A stretch of DNA of 64,000 bases, from the NCBI GenBank assembly GCA_964016885.1, contig OZ024742.1, forward strand, positions 252,898,001 through 252,962,000, in the 5' to 3' direction. A model generated the notes under the pieces. It was not told the DNA's origin and searched no databases. It saw only the letters and a program-made list of their open reading frames with translations. The translations under genes and the position numbers were made by a program. Positions 1 to 10,449 of the stretch are shown here, in pieces. The DNA comes from Eledone cirrhosa. Its lineage: Eukaryota. How positions within the stretch are numbered: the stretch's first letter is position 1; every line of letters starts with the position of its first letter.

Positions 1-2977
1 TACGTCCGTTCTTCCACGCTAGCATGGGTTAGACGGGTTGTCCTGTTGTGGGCAGTGTCTGGTCGGCTGACCATGCCTTGCTCATACAGGAACTGATCTG
101 GCTTGATTTCTACAGCTGGATGCCCTTCCTAACACCAACCTCATTTACAGTGAGTGCTGGGTGCTTTTTCGTGGCGCCTACACGTCCACTTTACAGTGTG
201 GGCTGGGTGCTTTTTTGCCGTGGCACCTCCACGACCACCTTGCGGTGGGGGGGGGGGGGGCATATTGTTTATATGCTTCAGCATGTACCCATGGGAGGTC
301 GGGTACCCTGTATTACTGCGTGACGCCAGAAGTCACGGTCGTGTGTCATTGACTTTGAGAGGTGTAGTTGGGTAAGGTCGGCTTTTATCACCTCATCCCA
401 AGTCATCTTGGGTCTCCCCACTCCGCGGTTTCCATCAACTTCTAGTGCTCTGCACCTTTTTATGCAGCTGTCATCCTTCATACGCATCACATGTCCATAC
501 CAGCGTAACCGCCTCTCCTGCACGCAGCATTTGATTCCTCTTATGCTCAGTCTCTCTCTCAATTCATTTATGCTTTGTCGTTCACGTATATTACTGTTAC
601 ACATCCATCGGAGCATGCAGGCTTCGTTTCTCTCTAATCTACGTAAGTCTTCCACCTTCAGCGCCCAGGTCTCACTACCATGCAACATCGCTGTTCGGAT
701 ACACGCATCATACAGTCTGCCTTTCATTCTGAGGGAGAAGCCTTTTGCAGCTAGCAGTGGTAGTAGTTCCCTAAACTTCTTCCATCCCGTTCTTACCCTA
801 GTTATTGTACTTTCTGAGCACCCACCTCCGTTGCTAATTCGGTCACCTAGGTAGCAGAAGCTGTCTACTGTTTCTACAGGGCCCTCCCAGAGATTGGTGG
901 TACTTGTTTCCTGTGGCTGTTTGCTTGCTGTTTCAGCACAGCTGCTGCATGTGAATCCTACATTCTTAATTAAGCTTCCTGAGATCCCGCTACATCTCTT
1001 GTGTACCCATTGTTTGCATTTGGGGCAAAGAATGGAGTTCCTACCTACACCTTTCCTACATACTGAGCAAGGCCATTTCCCTGAGGGGATCTGGGTTCTG
1101 TTTTCTCGTCTACTTATAAGGACCTTAGTCTTTGTCATGTTGACTTTGAGGCCCTTTCTCTCTAGTCCCTGCTTCCAGGTTTGGAATTTATTCTCTAGTT
1201 CTACCATAGATTCAGCTATGAGTGCGAGGTCATCAGCATACAGGAGTTCCCATGGGCATCCGGTCTTAAACTCCTCCGTTATTGCCTGCAGGACTATGAT
1301 GAACAGGAGAGGGCTAAGAACAGAGCCCTGGTGGACCCCAACCTGTACGCTAAATTCCTCGCTATACTCATTGCCAATCCTAACTTTGCTGACTGCTCCC
1401 CTATACATGGCTTGTACCGCTTTCACAAGCCATTCATCTACTCCTAGTTTTCTAAGAGCCCACCAGATTACTGCACGTGGAACTCTGTCAAAGGCTTTCT
1501 CAAGGTCGACAAATGCCAAGTAGAGTGGCTTACTTTTAGCTAGGTACTTTTCCTGTAATTGCCTCACAAGGAAGAGCGCATCAGTGGTGCCTTTCCCTGG
1601 TACAAACCCAAATTGCATCTCGTCTATATTCACCCGGTCCCTAATCAGCTGTGCTATAACTCTTTCTGTTACTTTCATGACCTGGTCCATCAACTTTATA
1701 CCTCTATAGTTTCCTCTATCTAGTGCATCGCCTTTACCTTTGTAGCAGTTGACAATGATGCTACTGCACCAATCTTTTGGTATGGCCCCCTCTAGTATTA
1801 CCTGGTTAACGATACGTGTGGTTATAGTGTGACCTACAGACCCAGATGCCTTCAGCATCTCGGCAGCTATACCCGATGGACCGGTTGCCTTCCCTATCTT
1901 CATATCTCTGATTGCCTTACTTACTACGCTGCCGCTGACTTGTACTGCTGGTCCCTCTATAGGGTCTACGTGGGGTAGGGTCTCTTCTTCCCATGCATTC
2001 TCCTCATTTAGTAATCTATCATAATGACTCTTCCATGCATCTTTCTTCTCAGCACTTGTGAGGGCAAGCTCACCTTTATCATTCCGGATACACTTCTCTC
2101 CAATGACATCACAACTATCTCTGACACACTGCCTCGCAATCTTGAATACCTCCTGTTTCTGGTCCTCACGTTGTAAAACATGCTTGAATTTTCTATCCTC
2201 TGCTTCCCTCCTAGCTAAGTATACTTGTCGCCTAGCTTCCCTCTTGGTCTCTATGTAATGTACCCTGCTCCCCCCGTTCTTCCATTCTTTCCATGCCTGT
2301 CTCTTGGCCTTGACTGCTTCATCTACCTTATTGTTCCACCACCAAGTCACTCTCCTCCTGCTTGAGGTCTTACTCCAGCCACAAACCTCATCCGTCGCCT
2401 CTAGTAAGTTATTTTTTAGGAACTCCCAGTTCTCTTCTACGTTAAATGTCTCTATCTGTTCTTCTTTACTGTCGTAGGCGTTGAGTAAAATATCTTTAAA
2501 TCTGTTACTGGTTGAGGGGACTTTCAGCTTCCAGATCTTTCTTCTCCAGGTTGGCCTCTGTTTCAGGGCTCGTCTAGTTCTGACCGTGAGGTCGCTGACA
2601 ACTAAGCTATGTTGGGATGTACATTCCTCACTAGGGAAGGCTTTTGTGTTTACGACCGTCCATCTGTCACGTCCTCTGATGAGGATAAAATCTAACTGAC
2701 TAGAGTGCTCCCCTGATCTATAGGTGATCAGGTGGTTGTCGGGTTTTTTAAAGTTTGTGTTACATATCGACATGTCATTGGCGTCGCAGAATTCTAGAAG
2801 TCTGAATCCTTCCTCATTCCTTGTGCCAACTCCATGGCCTCCATGTACTCTATTGAAGCCGTCGCAGTGTTTACCTACGTGTCCGTTAAAATCTCCTGCA
2901 ATGATTAGGAAGTCCTTGTCGTCTGTTAGAGCAGTAGTGTGTATTAGGGACTCGTAAAACCTATCCTTAAGTTCGTT
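1..2977 (-). mobile_element. RTE-clade non-LTR retrotransposon, 5'-truncated, with 3' UTR at ~1-277
   Basis: Stop-free frame 2977-278. It contains the C-terminal half of APE (IIAGDFNGHVG, SQLDFIL, SQHSLV) and RT motifs (NYRGIKL, QFGFVPGKGTTDA, AFVDLEKAFDRV, GVHQGSVLSPLLF, LLYADD, RRLRWYGHVMR, GRPKMTW). The 3' UTR matches tails at 2978, 8370, 12265 and 45085. Confidence 0.95.
278..2773 (-). CDS. RTE LINE polyprotein (partial APE + reverse transcriptase with inserted PHD-type finger)
   Basis: 831-aa ORF with intact YADD and a C4-H-C3 motif at ~938-1069. The frame stays open upstream to ~2977. Confidence 0.9.
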   Translation of the reverse strand: MSICNTNFKKPDNHLITYRSGEHSSQLDFILIRGRDRWTVVNTKAFPSEECTSQHSLVVSDLTVRTRRALKQRPTWRRKIWKLKVPSTSNRFKDILLNAYDSKEEQIETFNVEENWEFLKNNLLEATDEVCGWSKTSSRRRVTWWWNNKVDEAVKAKRQAWKEWKNGGSRVHYIETKREARRQVYLARREAEDRKFKHVLQREDQKQEVFKIARQCVRDSCDVIGEKCIRNDKGELALTSAEKKDAWKSHYDRLLNEENAWEEETLPHVDPIEGPAVQVSGSVVSKAIRDMKIGKATGPSGIAAEMLKASGSVGHTITTRIVNQVILEGAIPKDWCSSIIVNCYKGKGDALDRGNYRGIKLMDQVMKVTERVIAQLIRDRVNIDEMQFGFVPGKGTTDALFLVRQLQEKYLAKSKPLYLAFVDLEKAFDRVPRAVIWWALRKLGVDEWLVKAVQAMYRGAVSKVRIGNEYSEEFSVQVGVHQGSVLSPLLFIIVLQAITEEFKTGCPWELLYADDLALIAESMVELENKFQTWKQGLERKGLKVNMTKTKVLISRRENRTQIPSGKWPCSVCRKGVGRNSILCPKCKQWVHKRCSGISGSLIKNVGFTCSSCAETASKQPQETSTTNLWEGPVETVDSFCYLGDRISNGGGCSESTITRVRTGWKKFRELLPLLAAKGFSLRMKGRLYDACIRTAMLHGSETWALKVEDLRRLERNEACMLRWMCNSNIRERQSINELRERLSIRGIKCCVQERRLRWYGHVMRMKDDSCIKRCRALEVDGNRGVGRPKMTWDEVIKADLTQLHLSKSMTHDRDFWRHAVIQGTRPPMGTC

Positions 2978-3273
2978 TTATGTCCATTCTTCCATGCTAG
3001 CATGGGTTAGATGGGTTGTCCTGTTGTGGGCAATGCCAGGTCAGGTGACCATGTCTTGCTCATACAGAATTGATTTTGGCTTGATTTCTACAGCTGGATG
3101 CTCTTCCTAACACCAACCTCATTTACAGTGAGTACTGGGTGCTTTTTTAACGTGGCGCCTACACGACCACTTTACAGTGTCATGACACCTACATGACCAC
3201 TTAACAGAGGGAAGGGGTGGGTTCATACTGTCTATATGCTTCAGCTTCAACATGTACCCATGGGAAGTCGGGT
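2978..3273 (-). mobile_element. Short RTE 3'-UTR fragment abutting the 5' truncation point of the long copy
   Basis: Aligns by eye with 1-303 (gctagcatgggttag...tttctacagctggatg...catgtacccatggga). Confidence 0.85.
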
Positions 3274-3804
3274 CATCTGAAAGAATGATTTTATTCAAAA
3301 TATCACAGCAGTAAGTTATCTCACCAATGTCATAGTTATAGTTAAATAAAATATACTATTGGGAGGTTATCATTACACAGCGTAATATAATATTTCCTGT
3401 GTGAATACATTTATGGTGATTTAACAAAGTCATTATGATATCAGACAGAAGGATTAGCAGCATTCATTGTATCTATCTGCACTTTAAATCATGTAAAGGT
3501 CACCTTTGCCTTTTATTCTTTTGAGATCAATAAATATAGTACTAGTTTAGTACTGAGGTTGATTTTCCCCCCTTGATCTTTTTCTATTTCTGTGGCTGTG
3601 GTCAAACAGAGTGATAGGCACCACCAGGTTTAAAAATGTCAAAGACATACAGTATCACAATGGTGTCTTTATGATTCAATTATGGGTTATAGCATCAGTA
3701 ATTCACAAAATAGTGTTGGGAGGTTATCTCATATAATTCTATCTTTTTTCGTGTGTGACTACACTTATTATTTTATAAAATATCTTTTCATAGAAAGAAC
3801 TAAG

Positions 3805-4400
3805 CTATTTGTATCCCAGTTTTAGAATAGGTAAACTAAATCACTGTGTTTATCCAGTTTTAGAATAGATACATTGTATTCCTGTGTATATCCCAGTTTT
3901 AGAATAAGTATACTATATCCCTGTGTGTATCCCAGTTTTAGAATAGATACACTGTATCCCTGTGTCTATTGCTCTTTTAGAATAGGTACAGTATATCCTT
4001 GTGTGTATCCCAGTTTTAGAACACATACCCTGTATACCTGTATGTATCCCAGTTTTAGAATACATACTCTGTATCCCTGTGTGTACCCCAGTTTTAGAAT
4101 AGATACACAGCATCCCTGTGTCTATTCCACTTTTAGAATAGGTACAGTATATCCCAGTTTTAGAATAGCTACACAGTCTCCGTGTGTCTATTCCATTTTT
4201 AGAATAGATACACAGTCTCTCTGTGGGTATCCCAGTTTTAAAATAGATACACTGTATCCCTGTGTGAATCACAGTTTTAGAATGCATACACTGTATCCCT
4301 GCAGGCATCCCACTTTTAAAATAGGTATATCATTCCTATATGTATCCCAGTTTTAGAATAAGTACACTGTATTCCTGTCTGCATTCCAGTTTTAGAACAG
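3805..4400. repeat. 39-bp minisatellite, roughly 15 degenerate copies
   Basis: Unit TATCCCAGTTTTAGAATAGATACACTGTATCCCTGTGTG. It produces the 13-aa periodicity of ORFs 3874-4356 and 3913-4308. Confidence 0.92.
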
Positions 4401-4643
4401 ATGCAATACATTCCTCTTGCAATGTTATAAGGTGATTAAAAGGTTTCCTGTCATGAAAGGTATCCAACCAAAAAAACACTGCCTTAAAAAAGGAAACATG
4501 GGTAAAGCTCACAAGGTTAAGTCCTACTTTAATAGAGAAACATGCTGTTGTGTGATAATGAATCTCAACACTGATATAGTCATGCATCTGTAGGAATACA
4601 AGCATGTAACATTTTGACAATGACTCACCACATATATCAAGTG

Positions 4644-5753
4644 TTATGGCTTCTCTTCAGTATGAATACATTTGTGAGAATTTAAGTTACCATTGCGAAT
4701 GAATGATTTACCACAGAAATCACAGTGATAAGGCTTCTTTCTTTTATGTATATGTTTGTGTTTAGCTAATTCATTACTTTGAATGAATGATTTATCACAG
4801 ATACCACAATGATATGGCTTTTCTCCTGTATGAATACGTATGTGTTTAGTTAAGCCACTTTTATGAGAGAAAGACTTACCACAGATATCACAGCAATATG
4901 GCTTTTCTCCAGTATGAATACGTTTGTGAGTAGTTAAATGACCATTTTCAGAGAATGATTTACCACAGACATCACAGTGATATGGTTTCTCTCCTGTATG
5001 AATGCGTTTGTGATCACTTAGGTGATTATTTCGAGAGAATGATTTACCACAGATATCACAATGGTATGGTTTCTCTCCTGTATGAATACGTGTGTGTCTA
5101 GTTAAGTCCCCACTTTCAGGAAATGATTTACCACAGATCACACAGTGATATGGCTTCTCTCCTGTATGAACACGATTGTGTCTAATTAATTTACTACTTC
5201 CAGAGAATGATTGGCCACAGATATCACAGCGGAATGGTTTTTCTCCTGTATGAATACGTATGTGAATAGTTAAGTCATGGTCATGAAAGAATGATTTACC
5301 ACAGATATCACAGAGATATGGTTTTTCTCCTGTATGAACACGTTTGTGAGTAGTTAACTGACCGCTTGTAGAGAATGATTTACCACAAATATCACAGTGA
5401 TATGGTTTCTCTCCTGTATGAACTCGCTTGTGAGTAGTTAACTGACCATTTGCAGAAAATGATTTACCACATATATCACAGGGGTATGGCTTCTCTCCTG
5501 TATGAACACGGTTGTGATTAGTTAAAGAACTACTGACAGAGAATGATTTACCACAGATATCACAGCGATGTGGTTTCTCTCCTGTATGAATACGTATATG
5601 CGTAATTAGGTTGCATTTTTGATTGAAAATCTTTTGACAGACATCACAGTTGTATTTTGTTTTACTTATTTCTTTCGGCATTTTATCAGGAAAATCAATT
5701 CTTTTAGATCCTGCATCAAATTTAATTTCATTCTCAAATAATTCACTCTCCAT
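4644..5753 (-). CDS. Tandem C2H2 (Kruppel-type) zinc-finger protein, 12 fingers, single coding exon
   Basis: 369 aa with 12 C-x2-C-x12-H-x3-H fingers, mostly TGEKP linkers, and a short N-terminal leader with no recognisable effector domain. Candidate splice acceptor tttctttattatttcAG at 6060-6059 upstream. Confidence 0.95.
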   Translation of the reverse strand: MESELFENEIKFDAGSKRIDFPDKMPKEISKTKYNCDVCQKIFNQKCNLITHIRIHTGEKPHRCDICGKSFSVSSSLTNHNRVHTGEKPYPCDICGKSFSANGQLTTHKRVHTGEKPYHCDICGKSFSTSGQLTTHKRVHTGEKPYLCDICGKSFFHDHDLTIHIRIHTGEKPFRCDICGQSFSGSSKLIRHNRVHTGEKPYHCVICGKSFPESGDLTRHTRIHTGEKPYHCDICGKSFSRNNHLSDHKRIHTGEKPYHCDVCGKSFSENGHLTTHKRIHTGEKPYCCDICGKSFSHKSGLTKHIRIHTGEKPYHCGICDKSFIQSNELAKHKHIHKRKKPYHCDFCGKSFIRNGNLNSHKCIHTEEKP

Positions 5754-6514
5754 AATTTCTATTTTTCCCCTCTGATATACAGAAATGCTTCTTTTTGTTT
5801 ATATTTTATATCTAACAAATACTTCTGCTATTTTCTGGTCAGCTGTGATCTATCGTTTTTGAAATCTGAAAATGTTTTTTTCTAAATTCATCCAAGTTCA
5901 GTTAGCATAAAAAGCCATCTTGTACACCTTCCAGGTAGTAAAGTAGAGAAATGTTATTAATCTCAGTTCAGGTGAAATGTTTCACAAAATAGAGTTATAT
6001 CTGTTCTATATAACATGTTCCTTTAGTCTTAAAAAAGTAATAAAAATTGATGATACATCTGAAATAATAAAGAAACAGTATAAGGCATAGAAGATACAAT
6101 GTAAATTTCTATATTAATGAAACTGTAGATATAAACCTTTACTTGAACAACTGAAATTTACTTATATATATATATATGTATGTCGAAATATATATATGTA
6201 TGTATACTCCGAAATCATTAGACGTGTCCGTCGAACCTGCGGGTCCAGAATCAGACAGACCCACACAATGATCGCATCTCGAGCTGTCCGCCGGCGAAAC
6301 AATTGTAAGACACAATAAATTGAGTTCAGATGCATCACTGATTTTTCGTTTTATATTATATATGTATGTATATATATCTAGAGAGAGATAGAGATAGAAA
6401 GAGAGAGAGTCTGCAGTGCTGAGACTGGGGAGACCACAAATCTTGGGAGTACTCAATGCATGGGGAGATGCAGAGTGGGTATGGAACCGTCTGTGACGCC
6501 AAGCCATTTCAGCT

Positions 6515-6570
6515 TGTGTTCAGCAAGCCTTTTCAAGGGTGTATTCCCTTGAAAGGGCTTGTGGAACACA
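6515..6570. other. 25-bp-stem hairpin
   Basis: TGTGTTCAGCAAGCCTTTTCAAGGG-tgtatt-CCCTTGAAAGGGCTTGTGGAACACA: 22 Watson-Crick pairs, 2 G-T and 1 mismatch. Confidence 0.8.
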
Positions 6571-6809
6571 TACGTCAAAATCAATTGTTATCACAGTAGG
6601 GTTCATACTTCTCTCTTTCTATATATATTTCAAACAATAGCTACACCTTCATAATGTCTAGCATATATGTTAAACTACAGCTACATAATGAAATGAAAAA
6701 TGAAATTTATAATTCACACCTATGTAGGGTTAGCAAGCCTCCTACCTGGTTTCATTTCATATGAGGTTTCTTTCATGTTTTAATGATAAGGGCCTCAATG
6801 AGACTATAA

Positions 6810-6920
6810 AATGCAATGTGAAATGATGTGAATTACTCAACAACACAACACGCCACCTAGTCCAGGAACTGAACCCACGGCCTTATGATCTTAGGTCCCA
6901 AACCCTAACTGCGTGGCCAT
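6810..6920 (-). mobile_element. Degenerate tRNA-derived SINE head
   Basis: Reverse complement reads tggccacgcagttagg...gtgggttcagttcctggactaggtggcgtgttgtgttgttgagtaa, with A/B-box-like motifs similar to the SINE at 45085-45485. Confidence 0.6.
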
Positions 6921-7179
6921 TATTGTCGAACACATTACATATGTATACAATAGGTACACTGTATCTCTGTGTGTCATATGAAGCAATTAGAAGTGTTAGT
7001 GGCCGGGAAGAATATCTGGGTGTAAAACATTGCCTCAAAACATCCTCTCTAATAAATGCCAGCATGGAAAGGTCAACATAAACATGATGATGATAGACAC
7101 ATATTTATTAGCAGTGACATTAACATAGCGTGGTTCATAATAGAGGTGTATATGAAGGCATATACAATATGTTAATGTA

Positions 7180-8290
7180 TAATAAACACAAAAGTTTCGC
7201 TATGAATATTTTAAGCTGTGAACATGTCACAGTAACTGGTGAGAATGCTAGACATGTGTTCTGGGAATTTTTATGGGACAAAATTCTGGAAGTCACAAAC
7301 CAGGTCTGCTGTTGGAGCAAGGTCCTAGCAAGATGGAGGGTGATGTGATAGTGGAATAATAAGGTCGATACAGCCATAAAAACAAAAAATGACAAGTCTA
7401 GAGAGATTTAAGGAAAGGAAGAAACAGAGCAATAGCAGATAGCTAGAAGAGAGGTCAGGTGCCCAGTATACCTAGCAAGAGTAGTGGCAGAAAAGAAGAA
7501 GTTTACATGTCATGCATTGTGAAGATTAGAGGCATAAAGTGTTCCAGATTATGAGACAGTATGCTAGAGAAAATCATGATGTGATAAGAGAAAAGTGTGT
7601 TTGGAATGAGAATGAAGCACTTGCCTTGTTTGATGCTAAAAAGGGGGAAATATGGAAGACTTACTGTGTGAGACAACTGAAAGAGGAGAATAAATGGGAC
7701 AGTGAGGGCCTACTCCATGTAGACCCAATTGAGGGACCAGCTATAAAGTTGATAACAATGTGATAGATAAAGCAATGAAGTGCATGAGTTGGGAAGACAG
7801 TTGGACCATCTGGTATAGTTGTTGAAATATGCTAAAAACATTTGGTATGGTAGGTTACAAGCTAGTCAGATGCATAATTAATTAGGTAATACAGGTTGGT
7901 GTCATACCCAGTGACTGGTGCAGCAGTATCATTGTAAACTGCTATAAAGGTAAGGGAAACACATTAGAGAGACTAAACTACAGAGTTATCAAGTTCATAT
8001 TCCAGATCATGAAAGTTATTGAAAGGGTTATAGCACAACTAATTAAGGACAGAATTAAGTTAGTTGCAATGCAGTTTGGATTTATGCCAGATAGTGATAC
8101 TACTGATGCCCTCTTTCTGTTGAGACAACTACAGAAGAGGTATTTAGCTAAGAGTAAGCCACTGTACCTAGCATATGTAGATCTGGAAAGCACAAGGCCA
8201 GCAATTATTTTTATGGTGGATATGTAATCTAGTGGGCACTTGGGAAGCTAAATGTAGACGAATGTCTAATATTAGTGTGCATAAACGATG
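7180..8290 (+). pseudogene. Decayed RTE LINE fragment (linker + RT N-terminal half)
   Basis: Fragments HVDPIEGPAI, MKVIERVIAQLIKDRI, QFGFMPDSDTTDALFLLRQLQKRYLAKSKPLYLAYVDLE match the 278-2773 protein, with many stops and frameshifts. Confidence 0.9.
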
Positions 8291-8369
8291 TAGAATAAGC
8301 AATATATATATAATATATATATCATACATCTCCCATGAGGACAGGCTGAAGTATACATCCAGTGAAGCT

Positions 8370-8598
8370 TCCAGCCCACACTGTAAAGTGGTCGTGTAAG
8401 TGTCACGACAAAAAGCATCCAGTACTCACGGTAAATGAGGTTGGCGTTAGGAAGAGCATCCAGCTGTAGAAACCAAGTCAGAATCAGTTCTGTATGAGCA
8501 AGAAACGGTCACCTGACATGGCATTGCTCACAACAGGACAACTCGTCTAACCCATGCTAGCGAGGGGGAATGGGACGTTAAATGATGATAATGATAAC
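8370..8598 (+). mobile_element. RTE 3'-tail fragment ending in (TGA/TAA)n
   Basis: Reverse complement of 1-210; ends gggacgttaaatgatgataatgataa. Confidence 0.85.
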
Positions 8599-8794
8599 AA
8601 TATGAGATGCCAGAGGACTACTGATTATTTATACATGTAGGATTATATTTATAGAAACAGAATGAAAATATACACACAAATAATATATACAATACTTATT
8701 TCACATGAAAATATAGAATCAAAACGAAAGAAAATATTAATTCAACATTAAGCATCAATCGACCACACACTACAAGGGGCGCCGGAGCCTCCCT

Positions 8795-9212
8795 ATAATA
8801 CTTTTTGAGGCAAGCTAACATTACTGCAGGTTATGGCGAGACTAAGACGCTGGAACAACCAAGCAGTCTCATGGGCACCACCTAATACTTCGGTAAGGCG
8901 AGCTGCTAACAACGACAAGAACTTCGTTGTCAGCTGTCTAGCTCCCCCAAACGTCTCGAACGCCAAAGACTGGAAAAATAGTTTGCCGATAATTCCCATT
9001 TAAACATTTTTTTTATTCCGTTAACCACAGGATCCAGAATGTGGAAAGGAGCAAATGAGTCGCTAACTGTGGCATCACAAATGTGACATCTACCTCTCAC
9101 ACAAGGGCAAAGGTTAAGATTATTTGGTCTCTTCCCATCAACTTTGGACAATCAGGCCGGCTCCAGAAACGAGGGGATATTTATCCAAGTCAGGACCCCT
9201 TTCATAAATATA
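8795..9212 (-). pseudogene. C-terminal restriction-like endonuclease fragment of a CRE-like non-LTR retrotransposon
   Basis: Translates to NIPSFLEPA*LSKVDGKRPNNL...CDATVSDSFA...LAFETFG...WLFQRLSLAITCSN. This resembles the LEP..L...DGKRPDG / D.T..DT.A / P.A.ETLG / QRLS.AIQRGN motifs of CRE-clade elements as I recall them. Confidence 0.75.
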
Positions 9213-9431
9213 TCTAGTTTAATTTTTGTTTCTATCTTAAATATTGTTTACATGTATCGAAGGTGTCGTATTACGTTTTACAAAATGTTGGTATTTCTTC
9301 CATTAGGTCTGTCAATCACCAATAATATACACAGTTATACATTCATGGATATTTCAATCAGTATATAACGGGAGTTTCTAATCGAACTGTCTACGCAAAT
9401 TTCGAATGGTTATATTTATAAAAGAAAAATG

Positions 9432-9610
9432 GGCACTACAACGCTATTAGCTGTCAGTCGAAAGCAGCCGATGAAAGCAAAACATCGTTTATTTCCGTAT
9501 TACTACCACGCGTAAGTGGAGTTACTTGGTGGTAGTAATACGGAAATAAACGATGACGAATGACGTCACCTTCGCCTGCTTTCATCGGCTGTTTTCACGC
9601 CTGACAGCTA
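9432..9610. mobile_element. Palindromic MITE-like element (terminus GGCACTACAACGCTATTAGCTGTCAG)
   Basis: Nested inverted repeats: catcgtttatttccgtattactaccac/gtggtagtaatacggaaataaacgatg, cagccgatgaaagca/tgctttcatcggctg and agctgtcag/ctgacagct. The same ends recur at 52945-53053 and 53541-53680. Confidence 0.85.
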
Positions 9611-9746
9611 TATATCACGTGAACACAATCACATTATTCTTTCAAAAGGAAAAGTTTGGCGCCATTTTTCTCCAGGCAATAGCGCAAAAGTCAAACGCAG
9701 GAGAACAGAAGAAACAGTAAAAGCAAAAGATAAGAAAATAGTAAGT
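9555..9746 (+). promoter_or_regulatory. Candidate promoter / non-coding first exon with 5' splice donor
   Basis: TGACGTCA (9561), CACGTG (9616), YY1-like GCGCCATTTT (~9659), locally raised CpG, and donor ATA|GTAAGT at 9740/9741. Confidence 0.4.
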
Positions 9747-9974
9747 AATATCAAATAATTATTAAAAACGTTACAGGAGTCGCAATTACACGAATAATTA
9801 AGTTTCATACATACATATATATGTGTGTATGTATGTATATATATATGTATTTTATCTGATGAAAGCGGTGGTCCTTAAAATCTGTATAAAATAAATATGG
9901 TTTTATAAATATAGTTTCCATTTATTAATATATTGTATATATATATGTATGTATGTATGTATATATATATGTAT

Positions 9975-10430
9975 GTCAAAGGGCAAAGGAGCTCTTAAGA
10001 GTCAATGGCCATCCAAAATCACCGGGAGAAATGACCCCCTTAGCCTTTGTCAAGGCAGAATTCTAGGAGAAGGAAAACTCTGATATAACACCTGCAACCC
10101 TGATGGTATCCAATGATGTTGACTTTTTCTTCTTTTTGGTAAATATCATCTTGGTTAAGAGAGTGGGACTGGCTTTGTGCAGTGCTTTTGCTCACTATAA
10201 AAGCTTCACGGCACAGGCATTGCTTTATATCTGGAGATCTCTCTGCACTTGTCGTCACATGGTACCATGGGCCTAGCACTATGTGTCAATAATTGTCACA
10301 AGTGTAGTGTTTGTACCAGAGTTTTCAAGTCGCTCGCTGGACTAAAAAGTCACACTCGTTTAGCACATCAGTAGGGGTTTTCCTAGATGGATATAAAGTA
10401 GTGGCTGTACTCGAAAACGAGTTGGCAGCC
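9975..10430 (+). mobile_element. RTE-BovB-like 5' UTR fragment
   Basis: caaagggcaaaggagctcttaagagtcaatggccatccaaaa and ctaggagaaggaaaactctgatataa match the reverse complement of 48740-49035. Confidence 0.65.
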
Positions 10431-10449
10431 ACCATATATGTATGTATAT

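Noticed and set aside
408-2957. Plus-strand ORFs antisense to the RTE (and similar ones antisense to Gypsy pol and BovB)
   Set aside because: Shadow ORFs with no recognisable motifs.
1-3273. LTR retrotransposon suggested by the direct repeat 1-303 / 2978-3273
   Set aside because: The repeat is the RTE 3' UTR found throughout the window. The protein is APE-RT, with no TG..CA ends, PBS or integrase.
9848-9900. tttat-CTGATGA as a hammerhead
   Set aside because: No stem II or GAAA follows; at most a truncated relic.
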